Source: a virus
Taxonomy: Duplodnaviria; Caudoviricetes
Direction: 5' to 3' (one strand)
Virus record (IMG/VR): IMGVR_UViG_3300021255_001555
Location: 6,845-70,844 of that record
DNA length: 64,000 nt
Part shown: positions 27,940 through 38,759 of the stretch, one piece after another
Layout: every line of letters begins with the position of its first letter
Position numbering within the stretch: position 1 is the first letter of the stretch
The notes under the pieces: model-generated
Database searches by the model: none
Seen by the model: the letters and a program-made list of their open reading frames with translations, nothing else
Told to the model about the DNA's origin: nothing
Position numbers and translations under genes: made by a program

Positions 27940-28109
27940 ATCAAGAAGGGCTCCATGGGAATCTATGAAAGGATGATGACTCTCACAAAGGGGTAAAGTG
28001 AAGTACATCTGTTGGAGCCCATAAGGTTTACCTTGCTGCCTATGGCGAGGAGGTGGGAACCATAGTACAACAAGCCTACTGTCTACAATAATAAACAATG
28101 TATACATTA

Positions 28110-28460
28110 GTGTTTATTGTAATAAACATTATGTAATACATTGTATTCTATGGATTACTATGAGTTACTATAAGTATCTATAAATTATAAGCTATAAGAT
28201 ACTATGTTATACTATAGTAAGCTATAGAATACAATGTAGAACTAAGTGTTACTAAGAAGCTATCTATTCCTTGATTAAATCATATCCTCCGAAGGAGGAT
28301 AACTGCGAAGCAGTTTAAGGAACGATAGTGACCTATGTTATTCTATGTTACTCTATGATAATCATAAGTATCTATGAAATACTATGATATAAAACCATAA
28401 GAAAACATAGGATACTATATGATATCTATAGAATATCTATAGAATACATAGTAATTCTGG
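28110..28460. repeat. AT-rich low-complexity CTAT-repeat block containing a conserved hairpin element
   Basis: More than 15 CTAT words; ATCCTCC-GAA-GGAGGAT hairpin; counterpart at 48040-48340. Confidence 0.7.
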
Positions 28461-28629
28461 ACATACTTCGACACCCCACTTACTTCTTTCTTCTTTTTTA
28501 GTATGACTAGGTACACTCGCATCCTTGGCAGGGACAGTGCGTAGTTGCTGTTACCAGTTTTCCCATGTTGTCATACTTGGAAAAGAAGATACTAGCGAAG
28601 TGCAAGAAAGAAGAAAAAATTCCTTTCAT

Positions 28630-28662
28630 ATATAATGTCGCCAAAGTGTCTAAAATATTCCA
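28630..28662 (-). promoter_or_regulatory. putative phage late promoter, copy 1
   Basis: TGGAATATTTT-N12-GACATTATAT; also at 44337 and 48511. Confidence 0.6.
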
Positions 28663-28680
28663 AGAATTTTCTGTACTTAT

Positions 28681-28709
28681 ATGATAACACCTTGTTATTA
28701 TATTTGCAA
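28681..28709 (-). promoter_or_regulatory. sigma-A-type promoter with operator, upstream of the tRNA/ncRNA/HU island
   Basis: TTGCAA-17-TATCAT; near-palindrome ATAACAC-C-TTGTTAT; almost identical to the 6247-6275 promoter. Confidence 0.65.
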
Positions 28710-28848
28710 TACCCTTATTTTAACAATAGAAAGGGTACGAGATATTCTCTCATACCCTTGTATTGCCAAAATATGACATAGATAAAATTGAACAGGTATA
28801 AACTATCCAGTGTTCTTCTTCGTATGTCGTAGAAGGGCAAGGGAAGGC

Positions 28849-31800
28849 TTATCTGAACCCCATATTTCGTTGCTGACCCATGATTGCCTGTACGGCTCGT
28901 GGGTTTTCTTGTAATGCACGGAGAACATCAGCAGACGATGCTTGAGTATTGAGGACAATCATCTTTCCATTGCCACCATCAGTACCCATGTTTTTCAACA
29001 TTTCATTCTGCTGTGCCATCTTCTTGTTCTGCTCACGAAGAAGATACTCTGTCATCTTATTGCTACCATAGATATTAGTAGTACGCTGTGCTACCTGTGG
29101 ATTAATCGTAGGGACGTATGGAGTTGGATTGGTTATTGATGTATCCAATGGACCGCCAGTGGCATAACCATTGAGTTTATCGAGTGTATCGTAACCAAGA
29201 GCTTTCGCAGACTTCTCATTGATTACGTACTCACCATTAGACAACCATACGAACTTATCTTTGTTCCGCAGATAAGTAAGGATAGAATCACTGCGACCAG
29301 TACCAGCACCCTTAACTCTCCCTGAAGGAGCACCGCCATCAGCGAACTTCGGTATAGAACCACCATTGGCAAATATAGGTAACGCTGCTACAGCAGATGT
29401 AAAGCTAGGCATACCAATGGAAGCCGTTGCTGATACTGCACTGCCACCACCAAAGAGACCACCAAGAAGATCACCTGCGAATCCAAGGAGTCCTCCACTA
29501 CTTCCACCGCCACCTAACAACTGACCAGCGAATCCAAGTACCTGTGACAAGAAATTATTACTGTCATTCAAGAGACCACTGTTTTGTGATACCTTGTTTG
29601 TCAAGTTGTTTTCGCTGTTAGTGTTGTACTGGGTGATACTATTGGAAGTCTTTAGGACACGGTTTAAGTCAAACATGGTTTTATCCATTTTAAACATGGA
29701 GTCCATGTTGCCCTGTATAGCCTTAGTGATTGGTACGGAACTATCATATGTCTTTGTCAATCCAAGGTTTTCACTGAATGACTTAGACATATCATAGCTA
29801 CCATAACCAAACGTGCGACCAGTGCTGAGTACACTGAGTATCTGAGCAAGATAATTGTTGGTAGTGTTTATCTTGGTATCAATGCTACCAGTATACTGCT
29901 GTATCTGTGACCACTGAGTTTCAGACTGCTTCTCTGCGTCTTTCTTGTTTAAATCACCGAACCCAAGGAGCTGAGCAAAGAATGATGGATTGTCAGTCTT
30001 ACCGGTCAGCAATAAATCCCACGCGTTTCTACCAAGGTCAACCCAGAGATTACGGAGCATTTCACCGAAGTCCTTGCCATCAAAGATTAACTCCTGAACT
30101 AGCTTATTGTATCCTTCGCGGATGGTACGGATATGCTTTGTTGAAGCATCGCGTATCTCTTTGTTTACAGATACGAGTTCCTCTTTGATAGCATTGTGCT
30201 TCTCAATGTACTTAGGGTCAGTTCTATCGAGTTCTGCGAGTTCCTTTGATAATGCCTTGCGTTTCGTGAGAAGGTCAGCGTAAGCATCGGTAGCTCGTTT
30301 CTGTCCCCATGCGTCTTCAGTGTTGTCTACACCGTAATCACGCATCTTAGCATTGTGGTCAATGATTTTCATTGCATCATTGTACTGTGCTTCAATGAGT
30401 TTAACCTGTGCATCCACAGCCGCCTTGGAAGCAGTAAGGTATTTATCCTGCCAATCACGGAACGCTTCGGTATTCTCATGTTCCTTTGTGGTCTCATCTT
30501 CCATAAACTTGCTATACTCAGCTAAAGCAGCAGTAGTCTTTGCTACCTCTGCTCTTGCTTTGTCAGACTCAGTAGCACCATTGCCCAGTGCAAAGAGTTC
30601 TTTGTTACTCTTACGCTCGGCATTTTTTTGTGCCTGAGATACAGCCTTATCAGCACTGGAGAACCATTCGTCAGCAGCTTTTTCACGAAGGTCTGCAATC
30701 TTATCCTTAGCTTCCTTGAGTAACTTCACGGATTCAAGGAGCTTCTCTTTGACAGCCTGTAAAAACTTCTGACGATCATCGGACTTATTGGACTCATCTT
30801 CCATAGCATTAGAGATAAGGTCAATCTGACCACTGATACCAGCGTTGTCCCATTCGTCCTGCGTTACACGATGGGTTTCACCGTTAATCGTGGAACTAAG
30901 GAAATCGGCAAGTTTATCATTGAAAGCCACAGCAACTTCACGAGCACCAGACTGGATAATCTTTGTAGGCACCTGTCCACCCATCTGACGATAATCGCTA
31001 CCATGGACTACGCCGCCAGCACCACCGTTAGCACTGGAGCTATTGCCAACATAGCCACCCTGACCGTCATACATTACTACGTGGTCGTTATCACCGTATA
31101 CAATGATATCTCCCGGTTTAAGCTGACTGGAATCAAATGGAATAACCTTGTCACCTGCATCGGATACCAGTCGAGGAACATTAACTACGCCATCTGCAAA
31201 TTCCTGTGATAAGAACTGGTTCTGCATTGCATTACCAATTTTAACTACGGCTTCAACACAGGCTTCTGTACCATTAGCCAAGGTCTGACCAAGGAATCCT
31301 TCGACAGCCGCATTGATTTCTTCAACGGAAGTCTCAGCACCAGACATCTTGATTACATTGGTATCAAAGAGCTGACTATTGACTTCATTGATATGAGATT
31401 CAGTCTTACCTTGTTCAACCTGCATATCGGCTATAGCTTTCTTATACAAGTCATTGCGTTTCTTTGCACTGTCTAAGGTAGTACCTTGATTCTTCTCAAT
31501 GCGATTCAATGATTTTAACTGGTCATTTAGCTTTGACTCAATGTTCTTCATGCGGTTAGAAATGGAGATAACAACTGGATCCTTTTCCTTTTGCTTTTGA
31601 ACACGCGGTTCACGGGAAGACTTGGATTTTTCTTCTGAAGGTTGTACTATGTCACCACCGCCAGCAGAGGTGCGAACACCGCCATTACCGTCAAGCTGTT
31701 TAAGAGTTTCAATATTATTTTTAATTTCATCCATCTGACCCTTAAAGTGAGCATCCTGCATATTCATCATGGTGTCTTTTTGATACTGGTCCTCATTGTA

Positions 31801-33219
31801 TATCTTGTCGTTTAAGACATCCATGCGAGCTTTGGCTTCTTTTAACTGACGTTCTTCAAAGGCGGTTCTATTTTCCTTCTGTTCAAGCTCCCACACTTTA
31901 TCATTGAGATTATCATACTCATGTTGATAAGCATTTTCGTTGATACGCGACCACCATAACTGAACTTTTCCTAACGCAATAGTTGCACTTTCGAGGGCAG
32001 ATAAAGCATCAATTTTCTTTTCAATATTTTCAACAAATTCCTGTCTGTCCCTCTGATATTCTTCTATCATTGTCGCAGTATCAGCTTTGAGTTGTTTTGT
32101 ATATTCTTCAATAGCCTGTTTTTCGTTTTCAGCAGCAGTTATTTTTTGCTCAGTTGTTTTGTGGAACACCTGATATTCTTCTTCTGCTGCCGCAGCTACG
32201 TCTTGGCTATTTTTGATACGTTCAATAGCTCCTTGATTTAACTGTGCAGATAGCTTTTTCTCGGTTTCTTCAATATCTTTACTGAGATTAGCTTGTTTTT
32301 CAGCAGTAAGAGTTTCATCTTTCTGGGCTTGCATAAGAGCTACATAAGAGCTAGTCAGAGCATGAACGAATTCATCCTGTTCTTTGTAGATTTCTATAGC
32401 GGCAGACTGTTGCTCAAGTTCTAATACCTTTTGGTTACCAAATTGCTGTGCCGCAGATGTAGCCTCAAAATAAGATGCTGTTAATTCTGCTAAAGCAACT
32501 ATAGCAATACCGACAACGCTTTCGATTAACAATGTCTTAGCAGAAATATCTAATTTTCTCAGCTCTACATTTAATCTATTTACACCGACAGCACCGCCTT
32601 CTCCAGCGGCTCCAACAGCACCTTCGGCAACGGCGAGTCCAGTCATTCCGCCTGTCGCCATTGTTGCGTTACGTCCAGCTTGTCTTTCTGCTGTTGAGAG
32701 AATACGCTGACCATCTGCACTATATATAGCAACTGAACCAGTACGTTCTTCTGCCATAGCTAAAGAGTTAACTTCGCTTGCAGATGTAGCCGCCGCAACA
32801 CCTATAGCTTCTTCTGATGCAACTGTAGAAGCCATAGCTTCGTTGAATGACATACGGTAAGATTGGATAACATTGGAAATATATTTCCATACTTTATGAA
32901 CGCCCCATAAAGCACCTGCAAATTCTAATGTAGTGGATATGACTTTCCACGTTGTAGAATCCAAATTATTTAACCATGTTAATAATCCGTTTCCTAGTTC
33001 AAGGAAGTTTTTAATAAACTCGGATATGCCACCGCTACCACCGTTTGCAATAATACCAGTAATATTATCTTTGAAAGATTGCCATTTTCTAGCTACAGTA
33101 TCTAACTGCTCGGCAACCTGTTCGTTTGTAAATCCCTGAGAATTAATTGCTAATTCCCAGTTGTTAATGATTTCCTTATAATCTGACAGCATAGCTGCCA
33201 CCTTTGCCCACTGGAACTT
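28849..33219 (-). CDS. tape measure protein, exon 2 (contains an NlpC/P60-like peptidoglycan hydrolase domain)
   Basis: In frame with exon 1 after intron removal (SGG|KFQW); helical repeats; EACVEAV...GDIIVYGDNDHVVMY. Confidence 0.9.
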   Translation of the reverse strand, partial: KFQWAKVAAMLSDYKEIINNWELAINSQGFTNEQVAEQLDTVARKWQSFKDNITGIIANGGSGGISEFIKNFLELGNGLLTWLNNLDSTTWKVISTTLEFAGALWGVHKVWKYISNVIQSYRMSFNEAMASTVASEEAIGVAAATSASEVNSLAMAEERTGSVAIYSADGQRILSTAERQAGRNATMATGGMTGLAVAEGAVGAAGEGGAVGVNRLNVELRKLDISAKTLLIESVVGIAIVALAELTASYFEATSAAQQFGNQKVLELEQQSAAIEIYKEQDEFVHALTSSYVALMQAQKDETLTAEKQANLSKDIEETEKKLSAQLNQGAIERIKNSQDVAAAAEEEYQVFHKTTEQKITAAENEKQAIEEYTKQLKADTATMIEEYQRDRQEFVENIEKKIDALSALESATIALGKVQLWWSRINENAYQHEYDNLNDKVWELEQKENRTAFEERQLKEAKARMDVLNDKIYNEDQYQKDTMMNMQDAHFKGQMDEIKNNIETLKQLDGNGGVRTSAGGGDIVQPSEEKSKSSREPRVQKQKEKDPVVISISNRMKNIESKLNDQLKSLNRIEKNQGTTLDSAKKRNDLYKKAIADMQVEQGKTESHINEVNSQLFDTNVIKMSGAETSVEEINAAVEGFLGQTLANGTEACVEAVVKIGNAMQNQFLSQEFADGVVNVPRLVSDAGDKVIPFDSSQLKPGDIIVYGDNDHVVMYDGQGGYVGNSSSANGGAGGVVHGSDYRQMGGQVPTKIIQSGAREVAVAFNDKLADFLSSTINGETHRVTQDEWDNAGISGQIDLISNAMEDESNKSDDRQKFLQAVKEKLLESVKLLKEAKDKIADLREKAADEWFSSADKAVSQAQKNAERKSNKELFALGNGATESDKARAEVAKTTAALAEYSKFMEDETTKEHENTEAFRDWQDKYLTASKAAVDAQVKLIEAQYNDAMKIIDHNAKMRDYGVDNTEDAWGQKRATDAYADLLTKRKALSKELAELDRTDPKYIEKHNAIKEELVSVNKEIRDASTKHIRTIREGYNKLVQELIFDGKDFGEMLRNLWVDLGRNAWDLLLTGKTDNPSFFAQLLGFGDLNKKDAEKQSETQWSQIQQYTGSIDTKINTTNNYLAQILSVLSTGRTFGYGSYDMSKSFSENLGLTKTYDSSVPITKAIQGNMDSMFKMDKTMFDLNRVLKTSNSITQYNTNSENNLTNKVSQNSGLLNDSNNFLSQVLGFAGQLLGGGGSSGGLLGFAGDLLGGLFGGGSAVSATASIGMPSFTSAVAALPIFANGGSIPKFADGGAPSGRVKGAGTGRSDSILTYLRNKDKFVWLSNGEYVINEKSAKALGYDTLDKLNGYATGGPLDTSITNPTPYVPTINPQVAQRTTNIYGSNKMTEYLLREQNKKMAQQNEMLKNMGTDGGNGKMIVLNTQASSADVLRALQENPRAVQAIMGQQRNMGFR

Positions 33220-33718
33220 CAATTATCTGTTATCCGTTTTATTATAAAATAAAACGAGACAGGTCATTTCTGCCTGTCTCTCACATTTTATTTAATTAGG
33301 CTATTTTGTGAGTTCGGACTGTACATTCACTCTTTTACCATGTGGCAGTCAGAGGGCTATTTGCAGTCTCTAGGGTTTCACATCTCGTCTTCTTTTTTTA
33401 ATCTCCATACAGCTATTTTATAACACGCGAAGAATCCACCAGTACATATAAGCCACTGAGCGAATATTGAATATTGCTTATCAAGTAACGCTCCTATGGC
33501 ACATAGCGTGTATACTGCATAGAGGAAGCCAGTGACGATACAGGCTTGTTTTAGTCCGATTAAAAAGTTAATGACACCGAATATAATTGCAAATAAGAAG
33601 AAGAACATAACAAACCCTCCTTTGTGTTTTACCACGGTCTTGTCCTGCCTATAGGATTTTAACCGTTATTAAAGCGTTCTAGTAATGTATTTCTACATCA
33701 CGCGGCAAGTTTACGTCT
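33220..33718 (-). mobile_element. group I self-splicing intron (499 nt) in the tape measure gene
   Basis: 5' exon ends in U and intron ends in G; P1, P10 and P4 pairings; R element CTAGAGACT; S element ATGTACAGTCC; P9 hairpin; splicing restores the frame. Confidence 0.93.
33378..33608 (-). CDS. intron-encoded 76-aa membrane protein
   Basis: AGGAGG RBS then ATG 33608; 2-3 hydrophobic helices and a charged tail; lies in the P6 loop. Confidence 0.75.
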   Translation of the reverse strand: MFFFLFAIIFGVINFLIGLKQACIVTGFLYAVYTLCAIGALLDKQYSIFAQWLICTGGFFACYKIAVWRLKKEDEM

Positions 33719-36700
33719 ACCGCCAGAAATTGCGAGCAAAGTTTTTTGGATATCGTTGTTTGTATACTTGGTTTGGATTGCTATATCAAGGATTACCTGT
33801 TGTATATCACGGAATCTTTCAACGCCATCCTCGCCAACTTCTTTAACTTTTATACCAATCTTATCTAACTCTTTAACTGCTTTATCACTTCTAATAGATG
33901 CAATAAATGTTTTCAACATTGTACCAATAGCCGAGCCTGATAAAGCTGTAGAACGCGTTGCTTGTGCTATCAATGCGTTTAAGAATTCAAAACTCATACC
34001 TGCTTGGTGTGCTACAGAACCGCTTCGTTCAACTGCGGCTGCAAGGTCCTGTGCAGTTACACCTGCATTATGTGATAACTTGGTATAAACATCAATGATA
34101 CGATTAGAATAAGCTAATGCTTCAGCAGTGGAATGTGCTTGCATACCAAACTGGAACATAGCTGCCTCAACAGCTTTCGTAGATTCTTCCATCGAGAAGT
34201 TATCTGCCACTGCGAGTTTTGCGGATTGAGCTGTAAGTAAGTTTACAGTTTCTCTTTCCTTATACATACGTCCCCAGAGTCTTGCGGATTCAATAATATC
34301 ACTATTGGATACACCGTACTTGGCTCCAATGTTAATCATCCGTCTCTGTTGGTCTTCGTAGGTAGCTTTTTGCATTTCCTTATCTATAGAGCGATTATTC
34401 ATAAGGGCTTCTATAGGGTCAATACTTAACGGTTCTCCAAGGCTAGGCATTACAGTTCTCAGATTAGCCATATTTTCTTCAAACTCTTTAATAGCTTCGC
34501 CAGCCCTACCTAAGAAGTCGTATGTTTCATAGAATCCGAAGGCTCCACCTATCCAACGAAGTTTATGTTCCCAACCTTTTGTAAGGTTATCAGGGTTAAG
34601 CAACTTCATTTTACGGTTAATTATATCGGCTTCCCTTTGAGCCTTCCTTAATTCAACCTCGGTTTCTTTGATATATTTTTTTATACCAACATTACCGGGG
34701 TTTCTTCTAATTAAACTATAAGCTCTCTCTAAAGAACCTGTCAAGGCATTAACTTTTTCATTTGCAGTAGAAAAATATTGATCCTTCCAAGCATCGAGAT
34801 TACGCATACTATTTCTGGTGTTTATCTCTTTGGCACTCATACCAGCAAACGGGATAATCTGTAGTTTTTCCTTTTCCCCTCCGAGTTCCTCATACTCTCT
34901 CTTGAGCTTTTCAAGTTTAGCTACAGAGTTATCAACGTATTTCTGAGTGACCATTTCTCCACGCTCAAGCAATGCGTTTTGTCTTGCGATTTCCTCATTG
35001 TACTGTCCTTGTATAGTAAGGAGTCGCTGAGTGTGGTCGTTAGCCTTAGTGTTCTCAGGGATAAGTTCATTGAGTCTGTTACGATTACCTACGTTCCACT
35101 GACGATAATACCCAAGTGCATTAGGGTTTACACCGTACATAGCAAGAGCTTTGAACGTATCGGCTTCCTCATAGTCATTCTTAAGAGCCTGTCTGTCACT
35201 TGGTTTTGTCTGTGACTCAACGGCAAGCTGATAATCTTTCTTGAGTTGGTTCAGTTTACCAAGGAGTTTATTAACAGCTTCTTGCTGTTTATCAAGTTCT
35301 TTTGTAGCTTGTTTTTCAGCAGCTATAATTTCATTCCAAGCATCTTTGTGGTCTTTAGTGTTATTTTTAATACGTATCTGCTCATCATTGTACCACTTAT
35401 CGGCAAGACTTACATTGTTCTTATTCTGATTTCCAAGGTCCTTCTGGAGTTTAGCCTCGTCTTTTTCTTTCTGTTTATTTTGAATCCTAGATAAAGCAAA
35501 ACGAACTTTGGTTTCATACTCAAGAACTCTCTGACGTACCTTGGCTTCGTCATTGCTTTCCATGATAAGCCGTGCCTGATTAATGATTCTACGACGATTA
35601 GCAACTTTCTCAGCAGAAGCAATCTCGGCTTTTTCGCGTTCAGCAAGGTCAAGCTGATATTGCTTTGCTACGGTAAGGTTATTCTTTGCGGCAGTGGCAT
35701 TACGTTCAAGGTTCATGTTTCTGAACTGTAGTTTTTGTAATTGCTCCTCAGTGCCGTTCCATTGTCCGTCATTATAAGCCTCAAGCAAACTACGAATACG
35801 CTGACGTTGCTTAGAAATTTTCTCTGGTTTTCCGCTCCACACTGCATCGTATTCTTCGTTCCAGTTCAGTGGTTTCTTCTGTTTTCCTCCACCGCCACCT
35901 TTTGCAGTGACCTGACCTTCGATTTTAATGGTCTTCGTTGGGAGTCCATTGATTAACCTATGGGCTTCTTCGACAGCAGTTTTTAAACCACTAATATCAC
36001 CTTCGATTTTAATGGTCTTCGGTTTGAGTTCGTCGCTCTTACCGTTCTTACGATAGTCAAGCATTTTTGACATATCGGCAAATGGTCTTACTGCGTCTAC
36101 TACTTTATCAAAGTTCTTTCCTTTGATACCAAGTTTATCAATGGCATTATTATTGATAGCATTGATAAGCTGACCAAAAGCATGATTACCCTTGAAGTGC
36201 CTTGCAAGAGCACTCATCTTACCTTCGATATCAGTTGCCTTATTATATTCTTCAAAGAAAGCCTTGTAATCCTTGGTATAACTAGGAATTTTAAATGTAT
36301 CACCCTTGGCAAATTCAGCGAACTTCTTACTGGATTTCATTGCTGATTGTGCTGCATTGACATAGTTCTTCCAAAGAGACCTATAGCTATCGCCCTTGGT
36401 TCCAGACTCTAAACCAATGTCAACAGTAACTTTTCTGTCGAGCTTCTTGAGTTGACTTAGAGAATTATTGATAGTCTTAACAAGACCAGTATTATTACCA
36501 TTAATTTCTACTGTCTTATTACCAAGACCATTGATTAAAGTATGGGTCTGCTCCAGTAATACATTGAGTGCGGCAACGCTTGTGACAGCTTTACTCTTTG
36601 TAGGGTCACTGTCAAACATTTCTGACGTAGCTTTCTTTACCTTTTCCCCTTCGGCTGCAAGACTACCCAGTGAGGTCTTAATGCTTTCTGCAACTTTTTC

Positions 36701-36883
36701 AAGGCGTGATATTTGCTTGAAATCAATATCAAATGATAAAGGCTTGTTCTTTTTACCTTCGGCATTAATTGCATTACGTAACTGAGTAACCCTTGTTATG
36801 GCTTGTGCAAGGTCTTTAAAGTTCTTCGCAATAGTACCAGCGTTGGAAGCAATGTTTAAATCTATACGAGGTTTTTGTGCCAT
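33719..36883 (-). CDS. tape measure protein, exon 1
   Basis: TMP core (AQSAKLAVADN, AAVERSGSVA, IGTMLKT); coiled-coil; follows the tail chaperones. Confidence 0.92.
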
Positions 36884-36898
36884 TATCTCACTTCCTTC

Positions 36899-37120
36899 TT
36901 ATAACCCACCGAGTAAAGCATGAATAGCATCATCGCCTTCCAATGGTTTCTTTTCGCCTTTCAGTTCGCGTTCCATGGCTTCTGCGTTTTCATTCATGCC
37001 TTCCAGTAGGTCTTCTAATTGGTTAATCCGCATATTACCTATGTCTTCCATTGTCATGCTCGTGTTTTGAACGATGGAAGCGAACAGGTTTCTCCACTCG
37101 GTTTTTTCTTTTACATCACT
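36899..37120 (-). CDS. tail assembly chaperone -1 frameshift extension (gpGT-like)
   Basis: Open -1 frame SDVKEKTEWRNLF...LLGGL with no start of its own, immediately after an A9 slippery run. Confidence 0.75.
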   Translation of the reverse strand, partial: SDVKEKTEWRNLFASIVQNTSMTMEDIGNMRINQLEDLLEGMNENAEAMERELKGEKKPLEGDDAIHALLGGL

Positions 37121-37482
37121 TTTTTTTTAAACTGTGACATACCAAGGAATATCTCAAGGATTTCTTTGGCAATCTTCATGTCAAGCCATTCCTCGATTTC
37201 CTCTTTGGACTCACGGTAATCAAGAGCACACTCAATAATTTCAAGAAGTTCATCATGGAATCCATTGTCATAGCTAATGTTTCCGTCCTTGTCTTTTACT
37301 ACCTCACCATCTTCAATGGTAGGAGCAAGGAGATACACTGTAAGATACTCAGGATTATACTTCTCTGTAAATGAAGTAACAATCTGCATATCCTTGAATC
37401 GCACAGAGAACACCTTGTGCTTCTTGTTATATCTATCTACAACTGTTTCATACATTGAAATAGTATTAGTTTCCATAATCAT
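37111..37482 (-). CDS. tail assembly chaperone (gpG-like)
   Basis: Between the major tail gene and TMP; ends TTT AAA AAA AAA GTG ATG TAA. Confidence 0.8.
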   Translation of the reverse strand: MIMETNTISMYETVVDRYNKKHKVFSVRFKDMQIVTSFTEKYNPEYLTVYLLAPTIEDGEVVKDKDGNISYDNGFHDELLEIIECALDYRESKEEIEEWLDMKIAKEILEIFLGMSQFKKKVM

Positions 37483-37489
37483 ATCCTCC

Positions 37490-37519
37490 TAAAAAAAATA
37501 AGGGGGAGTTGCCTCCCCC
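37490..37519 (-). terminator. intrinsic terminator after the major tail gene
   Basis: GC-rich hairpin followed by a T run on the minus strand. Confidence 0.7.
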
Positions 37520-37526
37520 AAGTTTA

Positions 37527-38297
37527 TCAGAGCTTAGTAATAGTAATTACTGCAAAGTCATCGTGACCGTCGCCCGGATCGAGAATCTTTACGGTCAAGG
37601 TTGGAGTTGTAGCAGAATCACGAGCGGTCTCAATGGAGAACTCACCGTTAGCACGAACTCGTCTTGCATAGATATCAATCTGGTACTTGTTACCAGCAGC
37701 GTCCTCAGTGGTAAACATCCAGTTGAAGGAAGCAACCTCTGGCATTGCGTTCTTCAGCATCTCAGCGGATACTGCGGAAGCCTCGTCAGCCTTGAACCAT
37801 ACGGAATACTCACCGTCCATCATGGTTACATCGGAACCTACAGTGATATCACCAGTGGTGCTGATTGCAATCTTGTCGTTAGCAGCAGTAGTTACAACTT
37901 CAACATTGGAACCATCTGGAGCGATTACTGCAATTACCTCAACACCAGTTACGGATACACCAGTACCAACGATGCTAGTGGAATCCTTGGTAATCAAGGT
38001 ACGATAGCTACGCTTGTTATTGGTAACCTTGGTATCAACCTTCTGAGAAATCTCAAGCTGAGACAACTTAAAGTCTGCATTGGTAATCTCGATAGTACCT
38101 TCCTTCTGAGAGATATAGGTATACAGTGGGAACAGACCGTCACCGCCATATACATCCTCAGTAGAAGTGGTTACATCCAACTTCATGCTCTGGGAAGTAG
38201 TACACTCCATAACCTTACCACTTACTGTCTTGAATACACCACTGCCGATACCATGAAGCAATACAGGGGTATTTAAAATGTTGTTTACGCTAGGCAT
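37527..38297 (-). CDS. major tail tube protein
   Basis: Position; own RBS and terminator; beta-rich; DVYGGDGLFP. Confidence 0.8.
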   Translation of the reverse strand: MPSVNNILNTPVLLHGIGSGVFKTVSGKVMECTTSQSMKLDVTTSTEDVYGGDGLFPLYTYISQKEGTIEITNADFKLSQLEISQKVDTKVTNNKRSYRTLITKDSTSIVGTGVSVTGVEVIAVIAPDGSNVEVVTTAANDKIAISTTGDITVGSDVTMMDGEYSVWFKADEASAVSAEMLKNAMPEVASFNWMFTTEDAAGNKYQIDIYARRVRANGEFSIETARDSATTPTLTVKILDPGDGHDDFAVITITKL

Positions 38298-38363
38298 TTA
38301 TACATCATCCTTTCAGTGTTATTTATGAGCAATAAAAAAAGCAGTCCAAAAACTGCTAGATAC

Positions 38364-38759
38364 TCACGTTGATATTAATGGGGTAAATATTAATCTATAC
38401 TTGTACACAGCATGAATACCACTCGGTGTCTGCATTTCACTTCTGACTCTTTCATCAAAGTTGTCGTGCATCATATCAACCAATATTTTTCTTATTGCAG
38501 GGACGTTGTTTCTCATGCTTGAGTATATATCTATGTATAGATTTGAAAGATTGGCGAAGTCGTTATATGTACTCTGTGTATCTGCAATATATATTGCTAT
38601 GAACGGTAAATTCTCAGGTTCATATCCTTCTGGCATAACGTCTTCGGTTCTTATTTTAGTTTCATAATCCTCGTCATCTACGACTTCAAGGAGGTCCTTT
38701 AGTTCTTCATTGTCCGCACACAAGGACCAGAGTGTGTCAACATATTCAAAAGAGGTCAT
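38364..38759 (-). CDS. tail terminator / completion protein
   Basis: Position before the tail tube gene; LPFIAIY...LYIDIYS pattern. Confidence 0.6.
   Translation of the reverse strand: MTSFEYVDTLWSLCADNEELKDLLEVVDDEDYETKIRTEDVMPEGYEPENLPFIAIYIADTQSTYNDFANLSNLYIDIYSSMRNNVPAIRKILVDMMHDNFDERVRSEMQTPSGIHAVYKYRLIFTPLIST

Noticed and set aside
27089-28107. Short ORFs in the RNA island (27089, 27386, 27634, 27639, 27925)
   Set aside because: No RBS; they overlap tRNA and paired RNA elements; better explained as non-coding
33223-33697. Tape measure split read as two separate genes or a sequencing frameshift
   Set aside because: The gap has all group I core pairings and exact in-frame splice junctions
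37509-38276. 255-aa plus-strand ORF
   Set aside because: Antisense shadow of the major tail gene; no RBS; starts inside a terminator hairpin
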